Shown: positions 48,130 through 61,249 of the stretch, in pieces | Numbering within the stretch: the first letter of the stretch is position 1 | Layout: each line of letters opens with the position of its first letter | Source: Mobula hypostoma | Lineage: Eukaryota | Length of the DNA stretch: 64,000 nt | NCBI RefSeq assembly: GCF_963921235.1 | Contig: NC_086108.1 | Location: 92,630,001 to 92,694,000 of the forward strand | Direction of reading: 5' to 3' | Position numbers and translations under genes: made by a program | Notes under the pieces: model-generated | What the model saw: the letters and a program-made list of their open reading frames with translations, nothing else | Database searches by the model: none | Told to the model about the DNA's origin: nothing

Positions 48130-49974
48130 GCACCTCTTCCTAGAGATGCTGCCTGGCCTGCTGCGTTCACCAGCAACTTTGATGTGTGTTGCTTGAATTT
48201 CCAGCATCTGCAGAATTCCTGTTGTTTACAGATCCAGATAGGATGCTTTCAAAGTTCAAAGTACGTTTAATTATCAAAGTATTATATGTCCCCATGAGAT
48301 TTACCTCCTTATCACAAAACAAAGAAATGCAAAAGAACCTATTGAAATATAGAAGACTGTCAAACACCCAATGCGCTGGGGGAAAATGTGCAGACAATAA
48401 AAATAAGCAAATAACATTCAGAACCGAAGTTCATGAAAGAGAGTCCACAGCCACGAAGTCAGTCAGAGCCGATTCAGGAACCCGCTAGTTGCAGGCCATA
48501 GTCTCAGTTCAGTGCAGAGCTGAGCAAAGCTCAGGGAGCAGCGAGCTGAACTGACATGTCCCTCGCCTCCAGTCCCGACACCCTGACCTTTTCAATCCGG
48601 CCAAATAGTTCCTTGTTCTCAGACCTGGGCCCTGCTGCTTTAACACAGTCTTGCGCATAGGATCCATGTGTATTAATAAAAATTAGTAAGGTTGTTGAAA
48701 GGGACATGCCAAACTTCTTCAGCTTCCTGAGGAGGTAGAGGTGGGTGAGCTTTCATGGTGTCAGGATGGTTGGACTAGGACTGGCTGTTGATGATGTTCA
48801 TTCCAAGGTACTTGCAGCTCTCACACTATCAACCTTAACATCGTTGATTAGACAGGAGCAAGTACACCCCTTCCTGAAGTCAATGGCCAGCTCTTTTGTT
48901 TCGTTGACATTGAGGGAAAGGATGTTGCCATGACACCCTGTTACTAAGCTCTCAACCTCCTTCCTGTTCTTCAATTCATCATTACTTGAGGTGGAGCAGA
49001 ATCCGGCTGCATGCTCCTGAGTGTACAGAGGGTAGAGTTGGGGGCTGAGGATGTAAACTTGTGGAGCAGAAGTGCTTTGAATAATTGTGGCAGAGGTGTT
49101 GCTACCCGTCCTTACTGATTTGCAGTCTGTTGCTTTGGAAGTGTGAAAGGCATTTGGACAGGTTTATGAATAGAAAAGGTTGAAAGCAAATCGAGGTATT
49201 TCTGCAGTGATTGGCATGCAGGAGTTGCGCCAAAGGGCCAGTTTCCGTGCTGTAGAACTCTAGGAATCTTCGACACTCTGCTTGGAACATTGCCTGCCAT
49301 TTCTACTTATTGTTGCCTTTGGAATTGATGTGTTCATTCACTTACACCCTCCCACTTGGCTGCCTGTCCCTTGTACTTTTCCACACAGCATCTATTCATC
49401 GCAGAGAGTATAGTACAGAATAAAATCAATGTTCACCAGTGCACACTTTCTACCTTGCTATTTTTTTTCAGTTCAAATTCCTCATTCCTTGTATATTTTG
49501 TTACTACAATGAAGGAGTCTATTCAGCCCATTGACTCAATGCAGGTGCTAAGCACAATTGCGTGGCACACATCTTCGGACTGTGGGAGAGCACCCGGAGG
49601 AAACCCATGCAGTTACGGAGAGAACACACAGAATCCGTACCGGCAGCAGGAGGAATTGAACCCCCATCACTAGTACTGTAAAGCGTTGTACTTTGCCACA
49701 GTGCCACCTAATATCCACCCAGACCTTTCCTATCCGTATACTTGCCCAAGTGTCTTTTAAATATTGTTACTCTGCTTTCCATAAACACCTCCTCTGGCAT
49801 CTTGTACCCTAGATGCATCACCTTCTGCCTGAAGAAGATACCCTTCAAAGTTCCTTCAAAACCTTTCCCGTCTCACCTTAAACCTACGCCCTCTTTTTTA
49901 TTATTCCCTTTCCCTGGGAAAAAAGGACTGTGCAAATTCACCCTAACTATTCCCTTATTAAGTTTTAAAACCTC

Positions 49975-51945
49975 TATTCAGGATGCTCTAGTCAGGAGGA
50001 AGAAGGCAGCATACATGAGGTTTGGGAAGCAAGGATCAGATGGGTCTATTGAGGAATATAGGATAGCAAGAAAGGAGCTTAAGAAGCGGCTGAGAAGAGC
50101 AAGAAGGGGGCATGAGAAGGCCTTGGCGAGTAGGGTAAAGGAAAACCCCAAGGCATTTTTCAATTATGTGAAGAAAAAAAAGATGACAGGAGTGAAGGTA
50201 GGACCAATTAGAGATAAAGGTGGGAAGATGTGGCTGGAGGCTGTGGAAGTGAGCGAGGTCCTCAATGAATACTTCTCTTCGGTATTCACCAATGAGAGGG
50301 AACTTGATGATGGTGAGGACAATATGAGTGAGGTTGATGTTCTGGAGCATGTTGATATTAAGGGAGAGGAGGTGTTGGAGTTGTTAAAATACATTAGGAC
50401 AGATATGTCCCGGGGCCTGACAGAATATTCCCCAGGCTGCTCCACGAGGCAAGAGAAGAGATTGCTGAGCCTCTGGCTAGGACCTTTATGTCCTCGTTGT
50501 CCACGGGAATGGTACCGGAGGATTGGAGGGAGGCGAATATTGTTCCCTTGTTCAAAAAAGGTAGTAGGGATAGTCCGGGTAATTATAGACCAGTGAGCCT
50601 TACATCTGTGGTGGGAAAGCTGTTGGAAAAGATTCTTAGAGATAGGATCTATAGGCATTTAGAGAATCATGGTCTGATTAGGGACAGTCAGCATGGCTTT
50701 GTGAAGGGCAGATCGTGTCTAACAAGCCTGATAGAGTTCTTTGAGGAGGTGACCAGGCATATAGATGAGGGTAGTGCAGTGGATGTGATCTATATGGATT
50801 TTAGTAAGGCATTTGACAAGGTTCCACACGGTAGGCTTATTCAGAAAGTTAGAAGGCATGGGATCCAGGGAAGTTTGGCCAGGTGGATTCAGAATTGGCT
50901 TGCCTGCAGAAGGCAGAGGGTGGTGGTGGAGGGAGTACATTCAGATTAGAGGATTGTGACTAGCGGTGTCCCACAAGCATCTGTTCTGGGACCTCTACTT
51001 TTCGTGATTTTTATTAACGACCTGGATGTAGGGGTAGAAGGGTGGGTTGGCAAGTTTGCAGACGACACAAAGGTTGGTGGTGTTGTAGATAGTGTAGAGG
51101 ATTGTCAAAGATTGCAGAAAGACATTGATAGGATGCAGAAGTGGGCTGAGAAGTGGCAGATGGAGTTCAACCCGTAGAACTGTAAGGTGGTACACTTTGG
51201 AAGGACAAACTCCAAGGCAGAGTACAAAGTAAATGGCAGGATACTTGGTAGTGTGGAGGAGCAGAGGGATCTCAGGGTACATGTCCACAGATCCCTGAAA
51301 GTTGCCTCACAGGTGGATAGGGTAGTTAAGAAAGCTTATGGGGTGTTAGCTTTCATAAGTCGAGGGATAGAGTTTAAGAGTCGCGATGTAATGATGCAGC
51401 TCTATAAAACTCTGGTTAGGTCACATTTGGAGTATTGTGTCCAGTTCTGGTCACCTCACTATAGGAAGGATTTGGAAGCATTGGAAAGGGTACAGAGGAG
51501 ATTTACCAGGATGCTGCCTGGTTTAGAAAGTATGCATTATGATTAGAGATTAAGGGAGCTAGGGCTTTACCATTTGGAGAGAAGGAGGATGAGAAGAGAC
51601 GTGATAGGGGTGTACAAGATGATAAGAGGAATAGATAGAGTGGATAGCCAGCGCCTCTTCCCCAGGGCACCACTGCTCAATACAAGAGGACATGGCTTTA
51701 AGGTAAGGGGTGGGAAGTTCAATTGGGATATTAGAGGAAGGTTTTTTATTCAGAGAGTGGTTGGTGCGTGGAATGCACTGCCTGAGTCAGTGGTGGAGGC
51801 AGATACACTAGTGAAGTTTAAGAGACTACTAGACAGGTATATGGAGGAATCTAAGGTGGGGGCTTATATGGGAGGCAGGGTTTGAGGGTCGGCACAACAT
51901 TGTGGGCCGAAGGGCCTGTACTGTGCTGTACTATTCTATGTTCTA
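49975..51945 (+). mobile_element. 5'-truncated CR1 LINE nested in an older opposite-strand CR1
   Basis: ORFs 50488..50949 (PEDWREANIVPLFKKG...YRPVSLTS...QHGF...DFSKAFDKV), 50956..51177, 51187..51546 and 51574..51885. Confidence 0.93.
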
Positions 51946-52636
51946 TAAATCTGTCAGTCTCTCGTGCTCCAAAGCACAAAGACTTAGTCTTTCCAGCCTC
52001 TCCCTATAACTCAATGCCCTTGATTCCTTCGCACGCTTCTAGCTTAATAACATATTTCCTATAAAAGCGCAACCTAAGGCATACACGGTACTCCAGATGT
52101 AGCCTCACCAACATCTTCTGCAGCCACAACATAATGTCCCAACTCCAATATGCTACGTCCAGACTGATATTGTCAGAGTGCCAAACACCTTCTTCACCAT
52201 CCTGTCTGCCTGTGACACCATCATCTGGGAACCATGTGGAACGTAAAACATGGAATAGTACAGCACAGTGTAGACTCTTCAGCCCACAATGTTGTGCTGA
52301 CCTTTTAACCTACTCCGAGATATCTGCCCCTGGCAGCATGTTCCATGCTCCAACCACTCGCTGTGTTAAAAACCTAATTCTAACGTCTCCCTTGTTCTTT
52401 CTTCCAAATATCTTAAACTTACGTCCCCTCGGATTCGCCATGAACTTGTACTCTTCGGTCCCTCTGTTCTACAACACTCCCCAGGGCCTTCACTGTGAAT
52501 GTTCTACCTTGGTTTCGCTTCGCACAGTGCAGAAATCACACTTAACTGCATTGAATGCTGTTTACCATTTCTCGGCCCACTGACCTAGCTGATCAAAATC
52601 TTTCTGCAGTTTTTAATAACTTTATTCACTGTTTGT

Positions 52637-52980
52637 GACGGGGGTGGAGATACATCTCTACCAAAGGAAGTGTAAGGCGCTCCTTCCCTCCTCTAGCCCA
52701 CAGGTTATCCTTGGCAAGATGCAGCACCCGCTTAGCCCCCCGATCAGGGTTACATGAAGTTATGGGTGCAGGTTGTGGCCGGTCATATGAGCAACTGATG
52801 CATAACACAAGTCCTGATGCCAGGCAGACAATTTCTAAAGAGGACTGATAATGGTTGGGATCACTTGTCTTGTAAAGACGCTGCCCAGAAGAAGGCAATG
52901 GCAAATCACTTCTGTAGAAAAGTTAGTCAAGAACAATCACAGTCAAGACCATGACATGGCGCATAATGAATGAATGAATT
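52637..52980 (+). mobile_element. Probable non-autonomous RTE-related element
   Basis: agaaggcaatggcaaatcacttctgtag resembles the RTE/BovB-related conserved motif; (atga)n tail. Confidence 0.5.
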
Positions 52981-52986
52981 CACTGA

Positions 52987-53225
52987 CAAGAGAAGATCTG
53001 CAGACGCTGGATATCCGAGCAACACACACAAGTGCTGAAGGAACTCAGCAGGCCAGGCAGCACCTATGGAAAAAAGAACAATTGACATTTTGGGCTGAAA
53101 CCCTTCGGCAGGACTGGAGAAAAAGAAAGCTGGGGAAAAGATTTAAAAGGTGGGGGGAGGGGAGAGAGAAACACCAGGTGATAGGTGAAACCTGGAGGGG
53201 AAGGGATGAAGTAAAGAGCTGGGAA
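52987..53225 (-). mobile_element. Old PLE pLTR remnant (tailed end, degenerate hammerhead near 53080-53115)
   Basis: gatctgcagacgctgg...agcaacacacacaagtgctgaaggaactcagcaggccaggcagc. Confidence 0.75.
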
Positions 53226-53239
53226 GGTCTACCTGAAGG

Positions 53240-56200
53240 ATATGGGAATTCATGGAACCTGATGGTCTCCCTGACGACGACACCTGCAGGAAGTGCAGCC
53301 AACTCCAGTTCCTGAGAGACAGCATTAAGGAGCTGGAGCTGGTTTTGGATGGACTGAGGATCATCCGGGAGGCAGAGCAATAGATAGATAAGGCTTTTGA
53401 GCAGGTGGTTACACTCAGAGTGCAGAATTCAGGGAGTGAACACCGAGAGAGCTAAAGGGAGAAGGAAGTTAGTGCAGGGTCCCACTGTGGCCATTCCCCT
53501 CAGCAACAGGTAGACCCCTTTGGATACTGCCGTGGGGGGGTAACCTGTCTGGGCAAGGCAGCAGCAGCCAGACCAATAGCACTGTGGTCGGCTCTGAGTC
53601 TCAGAAGGGTAGGGTGAAGTCAGGCAGAACAATAGTCATAGCGGACCCGATAGTTAGGGAACAAATAGGAGATTCTGTGACAGCAAAAGAGTCACCAGAA
53701 TAGTGTGTTGCCTCCCGGGTGCTAGGCTCCAGGATGTCTCTGAGTGGTTGCAGAATATTTTTGAAGGGGAGGGTGGGCAGCTGGAGGTCGTGGTACATGT
53801 TGGTACCAATGACCTAGGTAGGAGAGAGGTAGAGGTCCTACGTAGGAAGTTTAAGGAGTTGAGAAGGAGGCTGAACAAGACCTCCAAGGTGGTAATCTCC
53901 AGATTACTCCTGGTGCAACGAGCTAAGGAAGGTCAGAACAGGAAGATAGCGCAGACGAATGAGTGGCTGAGGAGATGCTGCAGGGGGCAAGGCTTCTAGT
54001 TCTTGGACCATTTGAACTTTTTCTGGGGAAGGGGTGACCTGCACAAGTGGGATAGGTTGCACCTGAACTGGAGGGGAACCAATATCCTGGGAGGGAGGTT
54101 TGCTAATGCTGTTGGGGAGGGTTTAAACTAGATTTGCAGGAGAGTGGAAACTGAAGTGAAGAGGCAGAGGATGGGATGGTTGGTGCACAAACAGAGACAG
54201 CTTATAGGGAGTTTGTGAGGGAGGATAGGCAGATAATAGAGCAAAGATGCATTCAGCCAGCTGGCTTGAGATCTGTCTATTTTAATACAAGGAGTATCAT
54301 AAACAAGGCTGATGAACTTAGAGCGTGGATCAATATGTGGACATCCATTTGGCCACTATGATGTCGTGGCCATTACAGAGACTTGGATGACTCAGGGGCA
54401 AGAATGGCTGCTGAGTGTGCCGGGCTTTAGATGTTTCAGAAAGTACAGGGAGGGAGGTGAAAGAGGTGGGGGTGTGGCATTGCTAATCAGGGATAGTGTC
54501 ATGGCTGCAGAAAAGTAGTAAGTCATGGGGGGATTGTCTATAGACCCCCAATAGTAACAGGGATATCGAGGAGCTGATAGGAAGGTAGATTCTGGAACAG
54601 AGCAATAATAATAGTTTTTGTGATGGATGATTACAACTTTCCTAATATTGACTGGCATCCCTTTAGAGCAAGGGGTTTAGATGGGGTGGAGCTTTTTCGG
54701 CATGTTCAGGAAGGTTTCCTGATGGCGTATGTAGATAAGCCTACTAGAGGAGAGGCTGTACTTGATCTAGAATTGGGAAATGTACCTGGTCAGATATCAG
54801 ATCTCTCAGTGGGAGAGCATTTTGGAGGTTGTGATTACAACTCTATCTCCTTTACCATAGCACTGGACAGGGATAGGAGCAGAAAATTTGGGAATATCTT
54901 TAATTGGGGCAGGGGGAAATATGATACTATTAGGCAGAAACCTGGGATCATAAATTGAGACCAGATGTTCTCAGGGAAATGCATGGCAGAAAATATGGCA
55001 AATGTTCAACAAAAATTTGCATAGGTATGTTCCATTGAGGCAGGGAAAGGATGGTAGGGTACAAGAACCATGGTGTGCAAAGGATGTAGAAAATCTAGTT
55101 CAGAAGAAAAGAAAACCTTACGAAAGGTTCAAGAAACTAGGTACTGTTAGAGCTCTAGAAAATAAGATTGCCAGGAAGGAGCTTTAGAATGAAATTAGGA
55201 GAGCTAGAAAGGGCCAGAAGAAGGCCTTGGTGAGCACGAGTAAGGTAAATCCCAAGGAGTTCTACAACTATGTGAAGAGCAAGAGGATGAGCCATGTGAG
55301 AATAGAAACAATCAGGTGCAATAGTGGAAACGTGTGCATGTGTCGGAGAAGGTAGCAGAGGTACTTAATAGAACATAGAAAACCTACAGCACAATACAGG
55401 CCCTTTGGCCCACAATGCTGTGCCGAACATGTACTTACTTTAGAAATTACCTAGGGTTATCCATTGCCCTCTATTTTTCTAAGCTCCATGTACCTATCCA
55501 GGAGTCTCTTAAAAGACACTTGTATCCACCACCACCATGGTCGCCGGCAGCCACATTCCATGCACTCACCAATCTCTGCATAAAAAACTTACCCCTGACA
55601 TTTCCTCTGTACCTGCTTCCAAGCACCCTAAACCTGTGCCCTCTTGTGTCAGCTATTTTAGCCCTGGGAAAAGGCCTCTGACTATCCACACGATCAATCC
55701 CTCTCATCATCTTGTACACCTCTATCAGGTTTCTTAATCATCTTATACACATCTACCAGTATTCTTAATGGATACTTTGCTTCAGTGTTCACCAAGGAAA
55801 AGGACCTTGGCAATTGTGGGGTTGACTTACAGCAGACTGAAATGCTTAAGCATATAGACATTAAGAAAGAAGATGTGCCAGAGCTTTTGAAAAACATTGT
55901 TAGATAAGTCGCTGGTCCGGAGGAGGTATAGCCCAGGCTACTGTGGGAAGTGAGGGAGGAGATTGCTGAGTCTCTGGCGATGATCTTTGCATCATCAATA
56001 GGAACAGAAGAAGTACCCAAGGATTGGAGGGATGCCAATGTTGTGCACTTGTTCAAGAAAGGAGTAGAGATAACCCAGGATATTATAGACCAGTGAGTAT
56101 GACTTCAGTAGTGGGCAGGTTGTTGGAGAAGATCCTGAGGGACAGGATTTATGAGCATTTGGAGAGACATAATCTGAATAGGGATAGTCAGCATGGCTTT

Positions 56201-57430
56201 GTCAAGGGCAGGTCATGCCTTATGAGCCTGATTGAATTCTTTGAGGATGTAACAAAACACATTGATGAAGATAGAGCAGTGGATGTAGTGTAGATGAATT
56301 TCAGTAAGGCATTTGATAAGGTTCCCCATGCAAGTCTTATTCAGAAAGTAAGGAGGCATGAGATCCAAGGAGACCTTGCTTTGTGGATCCAGAATTGGCT
56401 TGCTCACAGAAGGCAAAGGGTGGTTGTAGACGGGTCATATTCTGCGTGGAGGTCGGTGACCAGTGGTGTTCCACAGGGATCTGATCAGGGACCCCTCCTC
56501 TTTGTGATTTTTATAAACGACCTGGATCAGAAAGTAGAAGGGTGGGTTAGTAAGTTTGCTGATGATAGGAAAGTTGGGGGTGTTGTGGATAGTCTGGAGC
56601 ATTGTCAAAGGTAACAGCGGGACATCGATCGGATGCAGAACTGGGCTGAGAAGTGGCAGATGGAGTTCATCCCAAATGAGAATGAAGCTGTTCATTTTAG
56701 TAGGTCAAATTTGAAGACAGAATATAATATTAACGGTAATATTCTTGGCAGTGTGGAAGAGCAGAGAGATCTTGGGGTCTATGTCCATAGGACATTCAAA
56801 ACTTCTGCACAGGTTGACAGTGTTGTTAAGAAGGCATATGGTGTGTTGGCCTTCATCAACCATGGGACGAATTCAAGAGCCATGAGGTAATGTTACTGCT
56901 ATATAAGACCATAGTTAGACCCCACTTGGAGTACTGTGCTCAGTTCTGGTCACCTCATTTCAGGAAGAATGTGGGTACTATAGAGCAAGTGTAGAGGAGA
57001 TTTGTCTGAATTAGAGAGTGTGCCTTATGAGAATTAGTTGAGTGAACTTGGCCTTTTCTCCTTGAGCGATGGAGGATGAGAGGTGACCTCATAGAGGTGT
57101 ATAAGATGTTGAGAGGCATTGATTGTGCTGAAATGGCTAACACAAGGGGACATAGTTTTAAGGTGCTTGGAAGTAGGTATGGGGGAATGTCAGAAGTAAG
57201 TTTTTCACACAGAGAATGGTGGGTGCATGGAATGCACTGCCAACGATGGTGGTAGAGGTGGATACAATAGGGTCTTTTAAGAGACTCTTAGATAGGTACA
57301 TGGAGCCTAGAAAAATAGAGGGCTATGCAGTATGGAAACTCTAGGCAGTTTCTAGAGTAGGTTACATGGTCGGCACAACATTATGGGCTGAAGGGCCTGT
57401 AATGGGCTGTAGATTTCTATGTTCTATGTT
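53240..57430 (+). mobile_element. Near full-length degenerate CR1 LINE (ORF1 Zn/leucine-zipper and SGNH esterase; ORF2 APE and RT)
   Basis: DDTCRKCSQLQFLRDSIKELEL; CCLPGARLQD...VVHVGTNDLG (esterase); YFNTRSIINK, VAITETW, DYNFPNIDW (APE); GVPQGS, KFADD (RT); ttctatg tail. Confidence 0.9.
55370..55763 (-). mobile_element. CR1 3' fragment nested antisense in the long CR1
   Basis: ORF 55471..55719; target CTTAAT at 55364-55369 and 55764-55769. Confidence 0.85.
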
Positions 57431-58050
57431 CAATGGTGTGACCACAGTAAGTGATGCTTGGTTAAAGAATTCACACTTGACTGTCATACTCTGAACCTAT
57501 GATCTTCGAATCATTTTAACACTGCCTTGAGATTTTGGAGATGTTCCTTGCCTTCCTTATCAGTGACAATTATAACATCCAGGTAGAACTTGGTGCCTGG
57601 GCAGTCTTGCAGCATCTGGTCCATGGCTTTCTGCCAGAGTGCAGGTGCAGATGCTACCCCAAAAATAACCCTGTTACAGTGATAAAGCCTGTTGTGAGTG
57701 TTTATGGTGAGGAACACCATCTCTGTCTGTAGGAAGGCCTCAGCTAGGTCCACTTTGCTGAAGGGTTTTCCTCCAGGAAGGTTTGCAAAGACATATTCTA
57801 TCCTGTCCAGAGGATATTGATCTACTTTTCAGTACTGGGTTGATGGTGACCTTAAAATCACCACAGTTACTGACAGATCCATTCTTCTTGGCTACTGGGA
57901 CCACCGGCATTGCCCATTGGCTCCCTCAACTTTGGAAAAAATTCCTTCATCCTCAATGTGATCGAGCTCACTGGCAACTTTATATCAATGGTATAAGGAA
58001 CCGGACCAGCTTTGAAAAACTTAGGTATGACATTTTCATTTAGTGCTATT

Positions 58051-58909
58051 ACGCGACTCCCTTGTCCATTCATCCTCTCCATCCCTTCCCACCGATCTCA
58101 TGCCCTTACACTTCCTTCCTCACCACCATTCAGAGCCCCAGTCAGTCCTTCCAGGTGAGACGACACTTCACCTGTGAATCGGCTGGGGTGATATATTGTG
58201 TCCGGTGCTCCCGATGCAGCCTTCTATATATTGGCGAGACCCGACGCAGACTGGGAGATCATTTCGCTGAACACCTACGCTCTGTCCGCCAGAGAAAGCA
58301 GGATCTCCCAGTGGCCACACATTTTAATTCCACGTCCCATTCCCATTCTGATATGTCTATCCACAGCCTCCTCTACTGTAAAGATGAAACCACACTCAGG
58401 TTGGAGGAACAACACCTTATATTCCGTCTGGGTAGCCTCCAACCTGATGGCATGAACATTGACTTCTCAAACTTCCGCTAATGCCCCACCTCCCCCTCGT
58501 ACCCCATCCGTTATTTATTTATATACACACATTCTTTTTCCCTCTCTCCTTTTTCTCCCTCTGTCCCTCTCACCATACCCCTTGCCCCTCCTCTGGGCTT
58601 CCCCCCCCCTTCTTTCTCCCTGGGCCTCCTGTCCCATGATCCTCTCATACCCCTTTTGCCAATCAACTGTCCAGCTCTTGGCTCCATCCCTCCCCCTCCT
58701 GTCTTCTCCTGTCATTTTAGATCTCCCCCTTCCCATCCCACTTTCAAATCTCTTACTAGCTCTTCTTTCAGTTAGTCCTGATGAAGTGTCTAGGCCCGAA
58801 ACGTCGACTGTACCTCTTCCTAGAGATGCTGCCTGGCCTGCTGCGTTCACCAGCAACTTTTATGTGTGTTGCTTGAAATTCCAGCATCCTGCAGATTTCC
58901 TTGGGTTTT
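58051..58909 (+). mobile_element. PLE 3' fragment (subfamily A) inserted in the Gypsy pol region
   Basis: ORF 58062..58481 GIY-YIG; short direct repeat CTATT at 58046-58050 and 58910-58914. Confidence 0.88.
58774..58809 (+). ncRNA. Minimal hammerhead ribozyme motif (weakened stem II)
   Basis: agtc-CTGATGA-agtgtctaggccc-GAAA-cgTC-gact. Confidence 0.6.
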
Positions 58910-61249
58910 CTATTTTACCTTTGATATGTTTGAATTTTCCAATACCATCCCTGAACACTGTTCTGGCATCGTCCAGTACCTTTCTTAATTTGCTTTCAGT
59001 AACTCTTTTGCAGGGGATGTGGCATGCAAATGGTGGATGGATCTCCAGTCAAGTTGTAGTTGTCTCAGCAAATCACTTCCCCACAATGCTGGTCCCCTTG
59101 GTTTTACCAGATACAAGCCCAATGTATCTTGTTGCTTGTTGTATTTCACTGTTACAAATGACATTCCAACAGCAGTTATCTTTTCTCCAGTCTAAGTTCT
59201 TAGTTGGATATCACAGGCTTCAGTTCAGTGTCTTTGAAATGCTGTTCAAACTCATTTTGTGGAATGACTGAAAATTCAATTTTAATTAATTTGCCATTCA
59301 CTTTTGGTGTAAACCATATTACCTATCTATTGTTAGTGTTCACATTGTAAATCTCAAGGTTACTCAGTCCTGTGTCAGTTTCAACAGATATTTCATCAAC
59401 AGCATTCAGATTACAGCTATTTTTTTGAAATTGCAACTTCAATTTTTTTTTAATCTTTTTCTCTTCCTTGTGCAGCCCATTTATTTTTATCTGTTTGACA
59501 TTCTGTTTGTATGTGTCCTACTTACTACAAGTTTTGCCTTTAAATCTGCATTGATCTGGTTTATGTGAGCCCTTGGCACAACAAAAAGACAATTTGTTTG
59601 GCCAGGCCAGTTTCTGTTTAGAAGTTGTAATTCTGTTCATGCTCACTTTCACTCCTGACTACAAGACAATTGTGTCTCTTTCTGCTGTTTTCATTGATAC
59701 AGCTATTTCAACTGCTCTGTGACACATAAGTTATGCTTCATTTAGGAGCCATTTTTTGAATAATTTCTTGTAAGATTCCACAAGCAAAATGATCTTTCAG
59801 CGTATCATTAAGCCCATTACCAAACTGACAATTCTCAGACAATTTCTTCAATTCAGCCAAGAATGCTGAAATGGACCGCCTTTCCTTTTGATTGTGCTTA
59901 TGAAACCTAAAATGTTCTGCAATCAACGATGGTTTTAGTTCTAAATGTTCCTGCATTACTTTCATGATTTCAGCCGAGCTCATTTTGACTAGCTTGGTTG
60001 GTGCATTTAAATTTCAAAACAAACTCAGCAAAACTGGTACTCGTTTCTCATTGGCTATTTCATTTGCTTTAAAATACTGCTCAGTCCACTTGCTATATAA
60101 TATCCAGTTGTCTGTTGTGTAAGCAGAGGCGTCAATCTTTCTGATGTAGCCAACCATTTCTGCTCTTTTTTTAATGATATTACCCACACTCACTAATAAT
60201 GACCCGATGAATTGCTCCATTTTTCTGTCTTTTTTAACTCATCGTCTCTGTCCCTTCCTGAAGAAACATGTGCTGCGTTGCTTTAATTTATTTGACCTTT
60301 TCTCACTCTCCTTTTTAAAACTCTAATGTCTCACTGTGCTTCAATAGGTAGGTAGTTGTCTTGGGTTCATTTTAAAAATACTTTGCCGCCACTATTAACT
60401 CCAAAACATTAAACTAATTGAAAGGAAAAGATGGGAGTTTAAAAAATGAGTCTAACTTCGTGTTTACTTTTAGTGAAGCACACACATATCATGTGACAGT
60501 GTCATGTTTTATGCAATTTGCTTATTTTTACATATAACCTGCAATGAATTATTTAAATGAACAAGAATGCTGAATCAAACAATATATTTACAATATCACT
60601 CAATTACAGAATTAAATACAGAAAATGTTCAAAGCATTCAACAAGTCAACTGGCATCTGTGGAAAGAGAGCCAGATGTAATGTTTCAAATGGATGAGTCT
60701 TTTTCGGAATTGGGAAAGACCAGATGAAGGATCTTTGACCTGAAATATTAACTGTGTCTTCCCACAAATGCTGCCTGACCAGTCAAGAGTTTCCAGTATT
60801 TCCCATCTAGGTAATGTTTTCCAAACATTGCTCTGATTCTTTTTCCAATGACTATAATTCTGCAGTCCTCTGGGTATGAATAGTTCCCTTTTATTTACTC
60901 CATCCAAAGCCCTGGTCCAAGTGTCAGTTCATCCTGTTCTACTGCTCGGATGGAACACCTTTACATAGTTTCAACAAAATCTTCTTGGACTAATCTAAGC
61001 AGATGCAAATTGCAGGAAGTCTATAAGTGAATCTGTAATCCAATATATGCAGCTGATGGCTGGTAGCAATTGTTGAAATTGTTTTGGTTTGAGAAATGGA
61101 AAAATGAAATCTTGGCAATTTTCCTTACTGAACAAATACCATGGAATCATTTTAAGATGGATTGCATTTGCCAAAAATATCTTTGGGTATGTTGTCATAC
61201 AATGGAATGAGCTCTGTTGTGATAAATATATTGATGGAAAAGAATTATA

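Larger units (their letters stand above)
44700..48225 (+). mobile_element. Neptune-type PLE with inverted 5' arm (minus arm 44700-46161, plus arm 46162-48225) and 16-bp TSD
   Basis: TTACAGATCCAGATAG at 44684-44699 and 48226-48241; the minus arm is the reverse complement of ~46719-48191. Confidence 0.93.
57435..60610 (-). mobile_element. Degenerate Gypsy LTR retrotransposon, 5' half (LTR, gag, protease, RT)
   Basis: Gag-like EQYFKANEIANEKRVPVLLS and IAEHFRFHKHNQKE...[24 protein letters not shown]...TINTHNRLY...FGVASAPALWQKAMDQML...YLDVIIV; PBS-like tggcggcaaag on the minus strand near 60381-60391. Confidence 0.85.

Noticed and set aside
49742..50596. 284-aa ORF as a novel fusion gene
   Set aside because: Chance read-through from an antisense old CR1 into a frameshifted younger CR1 ORF2
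5507..58809. Recurring 36-bp motif as a CRISPR-like repeat
   Set aside because: Copies are dispersed, embedded in longer homologous pLTRs, without regular spacers, in eukaryotic DNA
58459..59271. 270-aa ORF and the recurring MLVNAAGQAAS / PDEGSRPETST peptides
   Set aside because: Spurious translations of the non-coding PLE pLTR and hammerhead region running into antisense Gypsy sequence
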